64,000 bases of DNA from Trichoplax adhaerens (taxonomy: Eukaryota > Animalia > Placozoa): contig NW_002060944.1 in the NCBI RefSeq assembly GCF_000150275.1, positions 9,636,556 through 9,700,555 on the forward strand. The letters are read 5' to 3'. A program made the translations under genes and the position numbers. Positions 58,601 to 64,000 of this stretch are shown piece by piece. The notes under the pieces were generated by a model, which made no database searches, was not told the DNA's origin, and saw nothing but the letters and a program-made list of their open reading frames with translations. Every line of letters starts with the position of its first letter. Within the stretch, counting starts at the first letter, position 1.

Positions 58601-59943
58601 GAACTGAATGTTAACTGGCGATGACCTATGATGCATCAATATTTCCCTAACCTAAAGCATTAAAACTGATTCTAATGTATTCTAACGAGACGTTAAAGTA
58701 CATCAATTATACTAAAATAGGACTCAGTTTAATGGTCTAATATTAATAACTTGAATGGCTATTTGTAACTAATAAACTTTATACTTGTTTTGCTAAGTCA
58801 TGGATAGAAGATATTAATGCTCACGCTGGCAATGATGTCGTTGTTATGCTATTGGGCAATAAGGTACATAAACTAATTTTCTTATTGCCGTTATATTTGC
58901 ATAGAACGATAAATCAAAGTTTAAACCAAGTTTTACAGATCTCAAAGTTAACCACATTATAGTTATGGACTCAATTAAATCGAATTCTATTAGAAATTGT
59001 ACATGTCTTATTTTGTAATTACAATATTGATAATCTACTTGGTCTAATTTAGTGTAAACTAATGATACTTTCAATCTTTATAAAATTGTATTAACTAATT
59101 TCTATTACAAAAAGGCTGATTTAACTACTGAAAAAGTTATAAAGACAGAACAAGGCGAAAAATTGGCTAAGGTAATTGTTAATTTCAGCATCATAAGAAG
59201 ATTGTTTAAATCTTCTTATGACTTGAGATATCACAGGGTCTTTATCTAATTTTTATAACATAGTACAGAATATGAATTTAAAATTAATCTACAAGGATCT
59301 CCTATCAGTCACTATGATATATTTCTACATATTTTGGATATAAAAGGAAAACTCATTTGCTATAATCTATTAAACTACAATTTCTGATAGAGATATTTGA
59401 ATCACAATATTATTAATAACGAATAATCTCTGGTTTGTGATTCTAATCAACCAGGATAATAATATTGCTTTCATGGAAACAAGTGCAAAAACTGGCATGA
59501 ATATCGACTTGGCATTTCATGCAATTGCAAAGTAAGATATATTTATTTCTATATATTTTATTGTAGATGCAATGCATTTCTAAAATTTGAATAAAGCTTA
59601 TGTACAGAGTAGTACTTCAATGCAACCTAAATTGATTCCAAAATGGAAATAACCTTTAGCGAGTTTAACTCTAAAGTGTATGAGTATAGTTTCATGTATG
59701 CTTAGTTTATTCGGTATATTATGATATGACATGATTACTAATGTAATTAATTTCTGTATCGATCTGTATCGCGAATATCATAAATTATCCATTATCAGCA
59801 ATAATGATAACACTATAGTAAGGGATCTTTTCCTTGTTTATAGAAATTTGAAAGAAAAGAAGACACTTAGAAGTAATGGTAGAGATTTTAATATGAAAGA
59901 ATATGTTAACAAGGAGAAGAAAAGGAGCGGTTGTTGCTCTTGA
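49691..59943 (+). CDS. RAB26: Small GTPase Rab26/Rab37 co-orthologue, 9 exons
   Basis: Exons 49691-49744, 50064-50174, 55319-55360, 58192-58258, 58414-58466, 58798-58863, 59115-59171, 59455-59531 and 59844-59943. Motifs: [25 protein letters not shown] (Rab26/37-type effector region), [36 protein letters not shown] and a C-terminal GCCS prenylation motif. Confidence 0.95.
50312..50642. repeat. Intronic two-copy tandem duplication (about 185 bp)
   Basis: gatcttgattgaaat.gac.tgtagtca.tgaaa...cagtagaaaatagagcttt...gaggaaa.caaa.taatag occurs twice. Confidence 0.85.
53330..54620. repeat. Intronic degenerate minisatellite (about 55-60 bp unit, roughly 20 copies)
   Basis: Periodic aaatcaag[g/a]gttagattataggagttt.gt....tcttgtt....aagcat. 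Confidence 0.75.
56260..56765. repeat. Intronic degenerate tandem repeat (about 160 bp, 3 copies)
   Basis: tagtttatg..ctaatg.c.ta...ttgatgaa....gct.ta...at.ctt..agt..atttagaat.taagaatact.taga is repeated. Confidence 0.7.
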
Positions 59944-60915
59944 AGAAATAGCCTGTAAGCACTTGCGATTATTTCTTATGAAAATTATCATATCTCTATC
60001 TATATGTATAACTAGAACATATAATTATTTGCTAACATTACAATAAACTTGCTGTCTATAGCTTGTTATCCCATCTATATATTTAGTTCTATACAAAATG
60101 CATCTCAATATTCCTCAATTTTAAGTTTTCAACTTGATATTGTAAAGGTGTTTTAACGTTAAACGAAGGTGATTCATTTATCTTTACCTTGAATGTGAAT
60201 GGCATTAGCACAAAGTCAGTTAGATATAGTTCATCAATACATGTGCCAACTATAGTCGATAATATCCTTATTATAAATCTACATGATCAACTTATTATGG
60301 CTAGAAAGGGGTGTTTTAAATAACTTCATTTAAGCTAACCTATTAAGACTGGTAAAATAGTATCTTATTTTCATCATTTACTGTATCAAATCGTTAGCTG
60401 TATTCCTCGGCCACATACAGAAACTGTATGCAAGAAAGCGTTCAATTTTTGTAGCTATTAAATTCTTAATTGTATCGTTTTACCTTTAGTAATTTACCAG
60501 ACAAGATAAACGTTGAAATACTTTGCTTTGTCTGCAATTTTAATATGCTTATATTACTAATACGTCAATGAATTTGTCAATATGGACAAATTGTTTTAAT
60601 ATTAGCTAAGGTATTTGATAGTATTTAATTCTCTATTTATTCAGTAATACATTAATCATTATTATACCATGGTGTAAAATTCATATTTCCTATTCAATAA
60701 TTAATATTAAACCAATGATGAGAATTTGTGAAATCTTTGATGTAGACAAATTACTTGAGTAGTTATAGTTGGCATACGCGTAAATTAATTATTTAAGTGA
60801 TTAATATGCATCTAATTGAAAATTAATAAACTGTCTTTGCCTTTAATGATGTTAAACTCATTCATTGCTATACTGCTTTAAAAAAGCCACTTTCATAGAT
60901 AGAACATAAACTTGG

Positions 60916-61950
60916 TGTGAGGTTGATAGATCAAGAATCTTCAAACCTTTAGAAAATTAAGATTTATTGAACAAAAAACTCGTTTACAAAGTTATAACGT
61001 AATCGATCAGCTGAGGACCTCTAACGAGAAAGAACTATTATACTGTACTAAACTACTCGCTTATATACTTTTCCGTGTTAACAATCTTAGCACCTTACTT
61101 ACTACGCATTTCTGTATTAGCATCTCAAATACAGGATAGTTTACACCTTTCATGTGAAGCTCTAGTATGAGTACTGTAGCACTCCTCTTCAAAAGGATAC
61201 AGTTACTAAGCTAGCTATATTTAATACTTAAGCTTCTAACAGAATATCTATCACACGTTGAACACAATAACTACGGTAGATATTACTATATATATCATCA
61301 ACTTAGAATACAATATTACACTGTCTTACACTTGGATATTAAAGTTTTAATATTTGTAAAGGTGAAACATTATGGGCACATTTTATTTAACCTTTGCTAT
61401 TTATGCCGTAAGAAAGTCTTTGTTGGAAGCTTACATTTAAAGTAACGCGTTTTATTCACGTAATAACTTTTGCTGGAATAATCTCATTGGATTTTTGTGT
61501 TGCTAAGATACAAAGAGCTTATGCAGTATAAACATGTGAGGTTGATACATCAAGAATCTTCAAAACTTTAGAAAATTAAGATTTATTGAACAAAACCTCC
61601 TTTACGAAGATACAACGTAATCGATTAGCTGAGGACCTCTAACGAGAAAGAACTAACTTACTATACTAAACTACTCGCTTATATACCTTTCCGCGTTTAC
61701 AGTCTTAGCACCTTACTTACTACACACTTCGGTATTAGCATCTCAAATACAGGCTAGTTTACACCTTTCATGTGAAGCTCTAGTGTGAGCACTGTAGTGC
61801 TCCTCTTCAAAAGGATTACAGCTACTAAGCTAGCTATATTTAATACTTAAGCTTCTAACGAGCATATCTATCACATGTTGAACACAACACCTACGGTAGA
61901 CATTACTAAATATATCATCAACTTAGAATACAATATTACAGTGTCTTACA
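60916..61950. repeat. Recent direct duplication: about 415-bp copies at 60916-61330 and 61535-61950
   Basis: High-identity collinear copies offset by about 619 bp, running from tgtgaggttgata.atcaagaatcttcaaa to caatattaca.tgtcttaca. Confidence 0.95.
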
Positions 61951-62668
61951 AACCTATGCTACTTCATACCAATTCTTAGGTCATTTATTATATACCTAGC
62001 ATCTGATACATTGAAGCGGTCCAGCAATGGTGACGCTAAGTTGCTATAAATGTCCTCGTCACAAGAATCTAACTTCGAATCCTGAGTTTACAGTCAGGGT
62101 TTTGAAATACGTTGTCCTCATTAGCTAGTAACTCGCCATATTTAAATTATGTCGGTCAATATTTCTAGTATTTTATCAACATTTTATTTTATTTTGTAGC
62201 CGATTAGTAATGGTATCGACGGGTATCTGTGATGATGGTTCAGTATACTTCTATTTTTCTTGTAAGTGAATTAAATTGCATATTTCTGTACTTTGCTACA
62301 TTTTGGTTAATCTAAAAGGATAAATTTAAGCTATCGTTACTAAGAAGTATAATAGACAACTCAACGAGATAAGAATTTAGTCAAGTTGATTCGATTGAGA
62401 TGGATCGAAATATTTTCGTTCTGATGTCAGCAGGATTTATGCCTGTAAAACTTTAAGTTAAATAGTGATTTCAATGCAGTAATATTTTTCCTTCATAAAA
62501 ATAATACAATACAATATAGTAAATTTATAGCCTGCTATAAAGATATGGCCACCAATAAATGCATTTAGTGAAAATTCAGCCTTGAATTACTCTTATAAAT
62601 GTAACATAAAATAATATAATAAATATTATGTTTTTGATAAGGTAATGGAGTAATTATGATAGCAAATC

Positions 62669-64000
<1,332 letters not shown>

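Overview
AT-rich eukaryotic (animal) genomic DNA with compact, intron-rich genes. The style (short introns, low GC, conserved metazoan genes) resembles a placozoan such as Trichoplax; that assignment is inference. Most ORF-track entries are exon fragments or noise, so I rebuilt the spliced genes by hand: NAT9 (+), ADAP1/2 centaurin-alpha (-), CCDC137 (-), NUBP1/Nbp35 (+), an orphan multi-pass membrane protein (-), OXLD1 (-), Rab26/37 (+) and the 3' part of TVP23 (-), plus a low-confidence orphan gene at the left edge. Main points of interest: (i) all seven recognisable genes have human orthologues in one paralogon (7p22/16p13/17), including three pairs that are still neighbours in human; (ii) a six-copy tandem amplification of NAT9 coding exon 1 in which every extra copy carries the same nonsense mutation; (iii) a patchwork-duplicated accessory zone at 29.3-44 kb holding a small spliced orphan gene family, a both-ends-intact non-autonomous Helitron, and a membrane-protein gene split by a one-base frameshift in an A12 run; (iv) a candidate 24-nt microexon in ADAP, GC-AG introns, and TACAGTA/TACTGTA clusters near gene 5' ends. 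I saw no rRNA, tRNA or CRISPR array. There is one 50-N assembly gap.
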